Origin: a virus
Length of the DNA stretch: 64,000 nucleotides
Virus record (IMG/VR): IMGVR_UViG_3300027749_000040
Span: 64,001 to 128,000 of that record
Strand: one strand, 5' to 3'
In this document: piece by piece, positions 10,139 through 19,472 of the stretch
Numbering within the stretch: the first letter of the stretch is position 1
How the letters are laid out: each line of letters starts with the position of its first letter
Program-made: the position numbers and the translations under genes
The notes under the pieces: model-generated
Seen by the model: the letters and a program-made list of their open reading frames with translations, nothing else
What the model was told of the DNA's origin: nothing
Databases searched by the model: none

Positions 10139-10959
10139 TACAATTTGTTAATTTATTAGATTCTGAATCGTTAGATGATGTAACTGGATATACTAAAACA
10201 GAACATTTGACTTGGACTGATGAACCGTACAGAATTGATTTTGCATCACGTGGGGAAATAGAACATGCTAGTTCATGGCAAGGTCCTCACTTTGATTACT
10301 ATTTTAATAAATTAGGATTCCGATCCTCAAATGATATACCTAGCAGTATAGATATAGGCGCATTTGGTTGTAGCTTTACAGCTGGATTAGGATTACCCGA
10401 GAATTATCTTTGGCATAACTTACTAGCCAATGAATTAGAGTTGACATCTTTAAATTTTGGCGTGTCTGGGGCATCATGCACATCTATTAGAGATTTATTT
10501 TTAATTACATCTAACCATATACAAATGAAACATGCTGTATTTTTGTTACCTAGCTATAATAGAATGCAAATTGGAATAAAGCACATGCAAAAAGATATGT
10601 TGACTAATTTATCTTTAATACCTGGTTTAAAAAGTGAACTATCATATAGTTATGGGGTAGATGTTGAAATGTTATTCAAACATATACCCGATGATGAACA
10701 AATAAAAACCTTTAAAAATGACATATACTTAATAGACTATGTTGCAAAACACAGAGATATTAAAGTATATTTTTCATCTTGGGACGGTGACACATATAAT
10801 TTGCTTAAGCAATTAAACTTAAAGAATAGTACGGTGGTGCCGTTATGGAGTTCACAGAGTAAAGAACAGGCAGACTCAGATTTAGCTAGAGACAAAAAAC
10901 ATCCCGGCCCCATACATCATAAACAATGGGCTGATGTTGTTAGGGAATTTATTAAATGA
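10135..10959 (+). CDS. SGNH-like protein
   Basis: FGCSFTAG, NFGVSGAS, RDKKHPG. Confidence 0.65.
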   Translation: MIQFVNLLDSESLDDVTGYTKTEHLTWTDEPYRIDFASRGEIEHASSWQGPHFDYYFNKLGFRSSNDIPSSIDIGAFGCSFTAGLGLPENYLWHNLLANELELTSLNFGVSGASCTSIRDLFLITSNHIQMKHAVFLLPSYNRMQIGIKHMQKDMLTNLSLIPGLKSELSYSYGVDVEMLFKHIPDDEQIKTFKNDIYLIDYVAKHRDIKVYFSSWDGDTYNLLKQLNLKNSTVVPLWSSQSKEQADSDLARDKKHPGPIHHKQWADVVREFIK

Positions 10960-12452
10960 ACTATATAGGTATATCCTCAGGATTTCACGATGCCGCACTA
11001 AGTGTTATAGATGACAAAGGTAATATATTGTTTGCCGGCCACAGTGAACGTTATAACAAAGACAAACACACAAAGCACTTGTGTTATGATATAGTTGAAG
11101 ATGCACTATCATATACAACCTCACGTGATATCAAGATTCATTACTATGAACGCCCTTGGATGAAGTTTCTGCGACAAGTTAGATCAGGTGAAAAACCTGT
11201 ATTATCTAATTTGTTTGTTAAAGAGATTATAGGTCGTGGATTACTTCATAAGTTACAAGATGGTCGTGGTGATAAGGTTCATACACATAATCATCACCTA
11301 AGTCATGCAGCCGCAGGATTTCAAACAAGTCCCTATGATGATGCTACTGTAGTTGTTATTGACGCTATTGGTGAGTTTGACACAATCAGTATTTATAATG
11401 CATGGTATGACAAAAATGGTGTAGCAAAATATAAGAAGTTATGGGGACAATATTATCCTAATAGCATTGGTTTGTTTTATAGTGCAATGACACAACGAGT
11501 GGGTTTAAAACCACTAGACGAAGAATACATTCTTATGGGTATGGCAGCATATGGTAAATCAAAACCAGTAGATAAGATGTCTACTCAGTTAATAAAATCA
11601 TACAGAGACATTACATTCAGGGATAACTTGCACACGGGTGTATCTGATAACTTTTTAGAGGGTGCAGATAACATGGATATTGCTTGTAGCGCACAATTAA
11701 TTGTTGAACAATTAATTACTAATGTTATCAGCAAAGCAAAAATGTTAGGCGGTAGCAAGAATTTTGTATATAGTGGCGGAGTCGCACTAAATTGTTTAGC
11801 AAATAGATTGTTAGGAAACTTTTACGACAACATTTGGATTATGCCTAATCCCGGCGATGCTGGTTCTAGTCTTGGAGCAGCCTGCCTTGGCTATGGCAAA
11901 CATGTTAATTGGACTAATGCTTTTCTTGGTCATAATATTAGCGGTAATTATCCTACCAATCGTATTCTTGACTCTCTACTTACTGATAAAATTACAGGAG
12001 TCGCTAGTGGTAGAGCAGAGTTTGGGCCCAGAGCACTTGGACATAGAAGCTTGCTTGCAGATCCACGAGGTAATGACATAAAGGATAAAGTAAATGAAAT
12101 TAAACGTAGACAAAAATTCAGACCCTTCGCCCCGATTATTCTGGAGGAACATGCTGATACTTACTTTGATATGCCTCATGGTTTCAGTAATAGTAGGTAT
12201 ATGCAAGTCATCAGTCGTTGTAGGGTACCTGACTTATTTCCTGCTATCGTTCATCACGACGGTACTAGTCGTGTACAGACAGTCCCAAAAGATGGAAGTG
12301 GAATTAGAGAACTACTTGAAAAATGGTACATACTAACAGGATGCCCTATGTTGTTGAATACATCATTGAATGTTCGCGGAGAACCAATGGTAAATGACCG
12401 AAAAGATGCGGATCGCTTTGAATTAATGTATAATGTAAAAGTTATATCATAA
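10956..12452 (+). CDS. Carbamoyltransferase, NodU/CmcH/TobZ family
   Basis: HDAA, HHLSHAA, DAIGE, SGGVALNC, GDAG, EFGPRALGHRS, RPFAP, LLNTSLN. Confidence 0.95.
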   Translation: MNYIGISSGFHDAALSVIDDKGNILFAGHSERYNKDKHTKHLCYDIVEDALSYTTSRDIKIHYYERPWMKFLRQVRSGEKPVLSNLFVKEIIGRGLLHKLQDGRGDKVHTHNHHLSHAAAGFQTSPYDDATVVVIDAIGEFDTISIYNAWYDKNGVAKYKKLWGQYYPNSIGLFYSAMTQRVGLKPLDEEYILMGMAAYGKSKPVDKMSTQLIKSYRDITFRDNLHTGVSDNFLEGADNMDIACSAQLIVEQLITNVISKAKMLGGSKNFVYSGGVALNCLANRLLGNFYDNIWIMPNPGDAGSSLGAACLGYGKHVNWTNAFLGHNISGNYPTNRILDSLLTDKITGVASGRAEFGPRALGHRSLLADPRGNDIKDKVNEIKRRQKFRPFAPIILEEHADTYFDMPHGFSNSRYMQVISRCRVPDLFPAIVHHDGTSRVQTVPKDGSGIRELLEKWYILTGCPMLLNTSLNVRGEPMVNDRKDADRFELMYNVKVIS

Positions 12453-12462
12453 GTAAATATCT

Positions 12463-15400
12463 ATGCTAAGAGATGTATTTTATTTCGGAGAAAAACCCAA
12501 TGTTCACCCTAGAGAAAAGTTTGCAACAGATTTAGTTGACGCTAAACGACAGTGTACAACCGAACACTTTTGGATAATAAACGAACATTGTAATTATAAA
12601 GATTTTGATTGGGACTGGGAGTTTGACTTCCTGCCTGACGAAGATGTATGGGCTGAAGAACACAATAATGTATGGCCAAGTCCCTATCAGAAAGATAGTG
12701 GCACTTGTCTGTGTTCAACTAATTTAGATGCAGTAACAATATATCGTGCTGATGTTGATCCTATACCATTAAAAGATGAAATAACAAACAACTGGAAGAT
12801 TATTGAGTACATTGATGAATCTAAATTTGATTTTAAATGGCACCCAGACCCAAACGATCCGCCGTACATTTATGTATGGGGTAATAAATGGTATCCCGGT
12901 ACAATCATGCCAACAGTTGAGTATCATGTACCTGGGGCAACAGATAGAAAATATATATTAGACAATTTAGCACCATTATTGCCTATGCCAATGTTGTTTA
13001 ATATTATATATGAGCCTGCTGACTTTGATTATAGTTGGAGACCAGACCCAACTGCACCACCATACATATATGTGTTTGGTAATAATCAACATCCAGCAAG
13101 CGTGATGCCAACAGTTGAGTTTCATGTAGAGGGGGCGACTGAGCGCAAATTCATTGAGAATATTATACCCAAGTTAGCCGCAAGACCCGCTGACTTTGAA
13201 ACACTAGAAAATATTGATCCAACAACATTTGACATGACATGGGTTCCTGACCCGACGGCACCTCCTTACATTTATGCTTGGGGTAATCAATGGAATAAAC
13301 CTGAAGATAAGATTAGTGTTATACGTAGAGTAGAAGGTGCAACTGAATACAAATACATGGAAGCACGTGTAAAACGTAATCCATGTATGGATAACTGGAA
13401 TATACCTAATAACATGTTTCAAAATAAGTTTGACTTTAGCTGGGAACCCAATCCACATGATCCACCATTTATATATCAGTTTGGTACGCAATGGCAAAAG
13501 ACAGGCGGTCCCAAATATGTCGTAGAAGGTGCAACGGAGATAAAATATATAGATGTATTAAAAGCAGAAGTAGTTTGCACACAGTTTGAAAATTGGCAAG
13601 TGCCAAGAAATATAGACCAAACTAAGTTTGATTTTAGCTGGCATCCAGACGATACTGAAGAACCCTTCATTTATCAGTTTCCCGATCAATGGACCCGTAC
13701 AGGTGGTCCTAGATATGTAGTACCAAGCGCAACTGAAATAAAATACATAGATGTACAAATAGCAATTGCTAAACAAGATAAAACACATTGGTCAATACCT
13801 GAAAATATTGATACAACTGACTTTGACTTCAGTTGGCATCCCGACATTGACCATGCACCATTGATATATCAATTCGGTACGCAATGGCAACGAACGGGCG
13901 GTCCTAAATTCTACGCAGTAGGTTGTACTGAAGATAGCGACATACAATATGTGGATACTCTTAAAGCTAAAGCAATAGTTGACATGAGTAACTGGTGTGT
14001 TCCTAACAACTTAGATATAGATACGTTTGATTTTAGCTGGCACCCAGACGCTACAGAAGATCCGTTCATCTATCAGTTTGGAACTGAATACTCTAAAGTA
14101 GGTGGACCTAAGTATACTGTCAACGGAGCAACTGATATCAAATACGTTGCAGATATCATTGCTAAATTGCAACAGAATTATGACAACTGGATTATACCTG
14201 ACTACATTGATAAAGGCTCATTTGATTTTAGTTGGGTACCCGATGTTGAAGACAAGCCTTATATCTATCAGTTCGGTACACAGTGGCAAAAGACAGGTGG
14301 ACCAAAGTATGTAGTAGAGGGTGCATCTGAGATTAAGTATGTTAATGTAATTAAAGCAAAGAAATTGCAACATGAAAATACTGCATGGAAAACATTAATC
14401 AATATAAGTGATTTTGATTTCAGTTGGCATCCCGATGATTCAGATGAACCCTACATATATGTGTTCGGCAATCAATGGAATGATGCTACATTAGAATCTA
14501 CTGTAGAATATCATGTTGAAGGTGCAACACAAAGAAAATATGTTACTGACTTAATTGCTCAGGCAGCACCGTACAAAGAAGATTGGGTCAACGTAGAAGA
14601 TGTAGAAAGTTTTGACTATAGCTGGAGACCTAATCCAACCGACCCTGCATACATATATGTGTTCGGTAATACGCAGTATCCAAACACAATCATGCCAACT
14701 GTCAAGTTAGTAAAACGTGGTGCAACACAAGAAAAGTTTATAGATGATATGGTAGCCACATTGGCACAAAAGCCTGAGTTGTTTATTAACACAAAATTAA
14801 TTAAAGACTTTGATTATTCATGGAGACCTAATCCTAAGGATCCCCCATATGTGTATCAGTTTGGTACACAGTGGGCTAAGACACATGGGCCTCAATTTAC
14901 AGTAGAGGGTGCTACTGAAAGCAAGTTTGTCAACGAACCAGTATCAACTATCTTACCTGATATGACATATTGGGAAATACCAGAGAACGTTGACGTAACT
15001 AAGTTTGACTTTAGCTGGCATCCTGATGCAACTAGCCCTCCGTACATCTATCAGTTTGGTACAATACTAGATGAGAAAGATGGTCCTAGATATATTGTTC
15101 CTGGCAACACTGGTGTTGTTGTTAATATAGAACGTACAGAGATTGTACTAGAAGAATTAGAATTCCCTAAGTATACAATTAAGACTACACTAGAAGATTT
15201 GATTGAAGACCATACCGGTGAAATCTTCTGGGCATTAAACCCTGATTTAGATTATAGTGAGTTTGACTTCAAGTGGGTACCTGATAAACAAAACGTTTAT
15301 CATGTTAACGCATTCGGTAGTAAAGATAACATGAACTCACAAACTTACTTTGTTAACGGTAAGATGTGGCAAAAGGGTTATAGAGATATAAATTATATTG

Positions 15401-17160
15401 AAGATAAAGTAGTTGAAGTTCGTACTAAGATTGACATGTTCTTCATTGACAAGGGCAATAGTGAGTCGCTAGCTAGATTCCAACAACTACGTGAAAGATT
15501 CCCCAACATAACTAAGACAAGATATCTAAACAGTTGGGTAGAAACAATTAATCGTTGTATAACTAAGTCTGAAACAAATTTATGCTGGATATTGAATAGC
15601 GAACTAGATTATACTGACTTTGAATTTGATTACTATCCTAGCCCGTGGCAGATGCGTATGGTACATGTGTTTGGAACTCAATGGAGTCACTGGGGCACAA
15701 CATTCATGGTCAATAAGACTACGTTCCCTGAAGATACAAAGTATGTCAAAATTATTGAGCACTTATCCACATTAAACTTTGTTAAACGTAAGACAGCAAA
15801 AGCAACCAATTGCTTATATGATATTGTAATGATTGACCATGGCAATAAAGAAACACAATATATTCGCAAAATTGTCAAAGACAGAACTGGTAGAGATTCT
15901 GAAATTGTTAAGTACAATAGAAGCTATTTACAAACATTTAAGTCAATGTTGAAAGACATTCAACCTAAGAAAGAACACTATCTTTGGGTATGTTCTAGTA
16001 TCTGTGACTATGAAAACTTTGACTTTAGTTATATATGTGATCCATATGCTAAAGATCAACTGCATGTTTTCCCTAGTGACAAACAAAAGTTTGGAGATAC
16101 ATTCTTAATCGATGTAAGCAAGTTCAAGTTATTAATTGATGATATGATTATGATAGAAGACTATGAGAAGGTTAATTATAATCAACATCAAAGAGTAAAG
16201 CGTTTACCAGCACCCGTTATTATTACAAAAGAAGATACACATGTCACTAATATTCATACTGATTTTGATTGGCCTTACGCTACGTTTGTCACGCAAGACA
16301 ACAAAGAATTAAATGTACATGATAATGAACCTATAAGCTTATGGACACTTGACACCAAGAACATACTGATTACTAGTACAGGTGGAACACGAATTATTGT
16401 CCCTAAAGAAGCAAAAGATTATGTAGAGAATGAACTGTATGATTACCCATACATCAGTCGTAGCAAATCTCTAGCGCAATCCCAGCCATTGGATATAGTC
16501 TTCCTAAGCAACGGAGAAACTGGAGCTGACGAGAACTACGAACACTTACTGAAAGTGACTAAGGGATTACGTAATAGAGTTGTTCGTGTTGATGGCGTGA
16601 ATGGTCGTGTAGCGGCATATCACGCAGCCGCACTAGCAAGCAACACACCTTGGATGTTTACTGTGTTTGCTAAATTAAAAGTCAATAATAAATTTGATTG
16701 GAGTTGGCAACCTGACAGATTGCAAGTTCCTAAGCATTATATCTTTACTGCATCTAACCCAGTAAACAAACTAGAGTATGGTCACCAAGCTATGATTGCC
16801 TACAACAAGCGTATCACACTTGCTAACAATGGTACTGGTCTTGACTTTACGCTTGACAATGAACATGAAGTTATTGAAGTGAATAGCGGTGTTGCTGTGT
16901 ATAATACAGATGCATGGAGTACATGGCGTACTGCATTTAGAGAAGCAATCAAATTAGTTGCCGCAACTGATGATATGTCTAAACAAAGACTTGATGCATG
17001 GTTAAATATTGGTGAAGGAGACTTTGCTCAATATAGTTGCAATGGTGCAAAAGATGCAGTAGAATACTACAATCAAGTCAATGGCGACTTAGACAAATTG
17101 CGTTTAAGTTATGATTGGTTATGGCTAAAAGAATATTATAATAAAAAATACAAATTATGA
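12463..17160 (+). CDS. 1565-aa protein with tandem ~66-aa repeats and C-terminal glycosyltransferase-like (GT-A-like) domains
   Basis: 12 repeats of FDFSWxPD..xPYIYxFGxQW..GP.Y.V.GAT..KY; C-terminal DIVFLS...RVDGVNG...AYHAAA..SNTPW resembles a degenerate GT-A start (inferred). Confidence 0.6.
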   Translation: MLRDVFYFGEKPNVHPREKFATDLVDAKRQCTTEHFWIINEHCNYKDFDWDWEFDFLPDEDVWAEEHNNVWPSPYQKDSGTCLCSTNLDAVTIYRADVDPIPLKDEITNNWKIIEYIDESKFDFKWHPDPNDPPYIYVWGNKWYPGTIMPTVEYHVPGATDRKYILDNLAPLLPMPMLFNIIYEPADFDYSWRPDPTAPPYIYVFGNNQHPASVMPTVEFHVEGATERKFIENIIPKLAARPADFETLENIDPTTFDMTWVPDPTAPPYIYAWGNQWNKPEDKISVIRRVEGATEYKYMEARVKRNPCMDNWNIPNNMFQNKFDFSWEPNPHDPPFIYQFGTQWQKTGGPKYVVEGATEIKYIDVLKAEVVCTQFENWQVPRNIDQTKFDFSWHPDDTEEPFIYQFPDQWTRTGGPRYVVPSATEIKYIDVQIAIAKQDKTHWSIPENIDTTDFDFSWHPDIDHAPLIYQFGTQWQRTGGPKFYAVGCTEDSDIQYVDTLKAKAIVDMSNWCVPNNLDIDTFDFSWHPDATEDPFIYQFGTEYSKVGGPKYTVNGATDIKYVADIIAKLQQNYDNWIIPDYIDKGSFDFSWVPDVEDKPYIYQFGTQWQKTGGPKYVVEGASEIKYVNVIKAKKLQHENTAWKTLINISDFDFSWHPDDSDEPYIYVFGNQWNDATLESTVEYHVEGATQRKYVTDLIAQAAPYKEDWVNVEDVESFDYSWRPNPTDPAYIYVFGNTQYPNTIMPTVKLVKRGATQEKFIDDMVATLAQKPELFINTKLIKDFDYSWRPNPKDPPYVYQFGTQWAKTHGPQFTVEGATESKFVNEPVSTILPDMTYWEIPENVDVTKFDFSWHPDATSPPYIYQFGTILDEKDGPRYIVPGNTGVVVNIERTEIVLEELEFPKYTIKTTLEDLIEDHTGEIFWALNPDLDYSEFDFKWVPDKQNVYHVNAFGSKDNMNSQTYFVNGKMWQKGYRDINYIEDKVVEVRTKIDMFFIDKGNSESLARFQQLRERFPNITKTRYLNSWVETINRCITKSETNLCWILNSELDYTDFEFDYYPSPWQMRMVHVFGTQWSHWGTTFMVNKTTFPEDTKYVKIIEHLSTLNFVKRKTAKATNCLYDIVMIDHGNKETQYIRKIVKDRTGRDSEIVKYNRSYLQTFKSMLKDIQPKKEHYLWVCSSICDYENFDFSYICDPYAKDQLHVFPSDKQKFGDTFLIDVSKFKLLIDDMIMIEDYEKVNYNQHQRVKRLPAPVIITKEDTHVTNIHTDFDWPYATFVTQDNKELNVHDNEPISLWTLDTKNILITSTGGTRIIVPKEAKDYVENELYDYPYISRSKSLAQSQPLDIVFLSNGETGADENYEHLLKVTKGLRNRVVRVDGVNGRVAAYHAAALASNTPWMFTVFAKLKVNNKFDWSWQPDRLQVPKHYIFTASNPVNKLEYGHQAMIAYNKRITLANNGTGLDFTLDNEHEVIEVNSGVAVYNTDAWSTWRTAFREAIKLVAATDDMSKQRLDAWLNIGEGDFAQYSCNGAKDAVEYYNQVNGDLDKLRLSYDWLWLKEYYNKKYKL
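12790..15130 (+). repeat. In-frame tandem repeat array, 12 units of ~198 nt (boundaries approximate)
   Basis: FD(F/Y/M)xW motif recurs from 12826 to 15004 at ~198-nt mean spacing. Confidence 0.85.
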
Positions 17161-18140
17161 AATATCTAATCGTAGAGATGTATATTTCCAAACATTTTGA
17201 AATGTGTGATGAGTTTATACATAAATTAAAAACAGAAGAATATGATGTTTGTATTTTTTATGCACCATCTGAATGGGAATATTGGTTTGTTCATGATTTT
17301 AAAAACTTATGGAATACCATGACAGAAATAATCTATAGTAGAAACAAAAAAATAGAAGTAATTACTGGGGCGGCCAGAGTATTATACGGGGAACCTAAAC
17401 TAGATTATGTCACGGTTCATCCATGGGATACTTATTGGATAACATTAACACATCATAGCCTACAAAATTATGTAAGAGAAACAAAGCTATACACTTACAA
17501 ATACATTTATATGAATAACAATGACCATGCATGGCGTTGTAAACTTATAGATTTGGTAGCTAAGAATAATTTGATTAAGCATGGTGCAGTCTCATGGCAT
17601 AAATTGCGTTATAATTATCCATGGAAATATTTTAAACCTGAAATATTAAAATTAACGGATTCGTTCTCCGGAGATTTTTTTGATATTTTTACACTCCCTG
17701 AAGAATATGATAATTCTTTTATGCAATTGATTAGTGAAACTACTGTCAATGCTCTTTTTATTACGGAAAAAACAGCTATACCACTACTAACATCTAAACC
17801 ATTTTTAGTAGCATCTGTTACTGGTTATCATGCACATTTAAAAAAATTAGGATTTGAGTTATATACTGAAATTTTTGATTATTCATTTGATGATGAAATT
17901 GACGAAGATATAAGATATCAAAAATTACTTAGTAATTTAATTAAAATATGTAATTATTCAAAAGATCAACTAACATCAGCTCACCATCTGATTAAAGAAA
18001 AACTGTTGTTTAATCAAAACAGAGCAATAGAAATTGCAACCAAAAATATTAATAAACCTAGTATTTTAAATAATTTTCCCGAAAAGTTTTGGCATTCCGA
18101 TTCAATGATATATAATAAATATATGTTTATGACTGTATGA
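17157..18140 (+). CDS. Putative glycosyltransferase-like protein (ET..FxTEK..P family)
   Basis: ISETT...FITEKTAIPL...PFLV...LKKLGFE...FDYSFD; paralog of 47764..49074. Confidence 0.5.
   Translation: MKYLIVEMYISKHFEMCDEFIHKLKTEEYDVCIFYAPSEWEYWFVHDFKNLWNTMTEIIYSRNKKIEVITGAARVLYGEPKLDYVTVHPWDTYWITLTHHSLQNYVRETKLYTYKYIYMNNNDHAWRCKLIDLVAKNNLIKHGAVSWHKLRYNYPWKYFKPEILKLTDSFSGDFFDIFTLPEEYDNSFMQLISETTVNALFITEKTAIPLLTSKPFLVASVTGYHAHLKKLGFELYTEIFDYSFDDEIDEDIRYQKLLSNLIKICNYSKDQLTSAHHLIKEKLLFNQNRAIEIATKNINKPSILNNFPEKFWHSDSMIYNKYMFMTV
18111..18121 (+). promoter_or_regulatory. Probable tmRNA precursor promoter (overlapping TATAAT and TAAATA)
   Basis: TATAATAAATA about 10 nt upstream of the first tmRNA-pairing segment. 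Confidence 0.45.
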
Positions 18141-18192
18141 AGTAGACAGAAAAGGATTCAAGACGCGGGGGCAGTGCCCGCCAGGTCCACCA
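18131..18192 (+). ncRNA. ssrA: Two-piece (permuted) tmRNA, acceptor piece; 5' boundary approximate
   Basis: GAC-GCGGG-GGCAGTG-CCCGC T-arm followed by CAGGTCC-A-CCA; pairs with GGGCCTG at 18533 including G3-U70. Confidence 0.9.
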
Positions 18193-18204
18193 TAAGGAAG
18201 TTTA

Positions 18205-18519
18205 ATGAAGATAAGTGAGTTAACATCAGGATACTTGGGACAGATTGCTAAGTTAAATTGGCAACCGGTCAACAAGAGTGTATGGAATTCTATTCAAGAT
18301 GAAGGTCTTGACGAAGAACAAGACACACCCAATCCTGCCGACTGGCTCATGGCGTCATTAAATATTACACCAGATGATGCTCAAGCATTGATGGCATATG
18401 AAGATGATGCAATTGAAGAATTTAATCGTTTTGATATTGCATTGAAGCAACGCTATCCTGGCATGGTAGATTTAATTGATTACGACAACGGTACTGTTAC
18501 TATTGTCAAAGTCAAGTAA
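18205..18519 (+). CDS. 104-aa acidic hypothetical protein encoded inside the tmRNA intervening segment
   Basis: AAGGAAG RBS directly after the tmRNA CCA; open frame fills nearly all of 18193-18532. Confidence 0.75.
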   Translation: MKISELTSGYLGQIAKLNWQPVNKSVWNSIQDEGLDEEQDTPNPADWLMASLNITPDDAQALMAYEDDAIEEFNRFDIALKQRYPGMVDLIDYDNGTVTIVKVK

Positions 18520-18532
18520 GTTTTCTTATGAT

Positions 18533-18713
18533 GGGCCTGACACAGGATCGATTGGGTCACAAGTATTGAAATGGACAGTCCGGCAATGTAGAAGCCGTTA
18601 GGATTGGGGTCTCCCGGTCGCAGACACAAAAAACGTAAATGCAAACGACGAACTTTTTGCCTTAGCGGCCTAAACACCGCTTAGGGGAACTATCCCTCGT
18701 AACAGAAAATAGT
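18533..18713 (+). ncRNA. ssrA: Two-piece (permuted) tmRNA, coding piece, tag ANDELFALAA; 3' boundary approximate
   Basis: 5' GGGCCTGA..GGATCGA; TTGGGTC pairs with GATTCAA and ACAGTC with GACTGT of the acceptor piece; tag frame 18641-18673 after TAAAT; AGCGG/CCGCT helix encloses the stop. Confidence 0.9.
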
Positions 18714-18738
18714 AATAGGCTCCTAGGAGCCTATTTTT
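18714..18738. terminator. Terminator hairpin between tmRNA and convergent lipoprotein gene, possibly bidirectional
   Basis: Perfect palindrome AATAGGCTCCTAGGAGCCTATT followed by a T run. Confidence 0.8.
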
Positions 18739-19162
18739 ATGGTGTACATGGACCTGTAACAAATCCACCAGCATCTGGTCTACAAGTTGTAGGCAACGGT
18801 GTGCAAGGGCCAACAATAAACCCGTCCCTACAGTAGTTGATTACAGGTTGTGTTATAACGCTGGGTCCAATTACTACGGGGGGAGTCACAATGACTGTTG
18901 GGCCTACTACTGGTCCTGTTACAAATGTCACAGTGGGTGGTGTAGGCCCAACAACTACTGGGCTGGGAACAGTGCCACTGGGTCCAACTACAAACTGCGG
19001 GGCAGTGGGTGCTGGGCCAGGGCCAACCACAAACGGTGGAGGGATGTCAGCAAGTGACTGTGCTGATAATTTTACTATTTGTGGTTGTGGTGTATCTGTT
19101 GCAGTGCCTACACCGCAGGCAGTTAATGCTGTTACTAATAACAGTGATGCAATTTTTCTCAT
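18737..19162 (-). CDS. Pro/Val/Gly-rich lipoprotein with (F/V)(V/I)xGP repeats
   Basis: Start re-called at 19162 (AAGGAA RBS); MRKIASLLLVTALTAC lipobox; 8 repeats; 4 C-terminal Cys. Confidence 0.7.
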   Translation of the reverse strand: MRKIASLLLVTALTACGVGTATDTPQPQIVKLSAQSLADIPPPFVVGPGPAPTAPQFVVGPSGTVPSPVVVGPTPPTVTFVTGPVVGPTVIVTPPVVIGPSVITQPVINYCRDGFIVGPCTPLPTTCRPDAGGFVTGPCTP

Positions 19163-19472
19163 GGTAATTTCCTTGGTTAGGAAACTTCTTAAGAAAAAGC
19201 TCTCTAAGCACAACTTAGAATTTGGGAACTCTGTCCTAATATTTTTTAAGTCTCAGGGATATTTATCGTTTATATTTTTGATATTAATTTAATTTTAATT
19301 AATTACCAATAGAAATAACCGCACTTTAAAGAATTTTTTACCTTATACACTTACTTATTGCGTAACTAGTGTGTATACTTTACAGCATGAACTATTTTAT
19401 TTAAACAGTATTTTGTTTACTAAATATAAGTCTAGCCTGATGAGTCAGGCTTATTTTTTAAAAGGAAATTAA

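Noticed and set aside
12790-15130. Diversity-generating retroelement TR/VR pair
   Set aside because: Repeats are in-frame protein repeats differing at all base types; no reverse transcriptase in the window
18161-18192. tmRNA/tRNA 3' end as a leftover integration (att) site or a stand-alone tRNA
   Set aside because: It is not duplicated, no integrase is nearby, there is no anticodon arm, and it pairs precisely with the downstream 5' half, which lacks any other 3' end
18480-18677. 65-aa minus-strand ORF
   Set aside because: Antisense to the tmRNA coding piece with no supporting signals
18837-19292. 151-aa plus-strand ORF
   Set aside because: Antisense shadow of the lipoprotein gene, which has an RBS and lipobox
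19437-19470. CTGATGAG as hammerhead ribozyme core
   Set aside because: No stem II closed by GAAA; the motif lies in a simple hairpin
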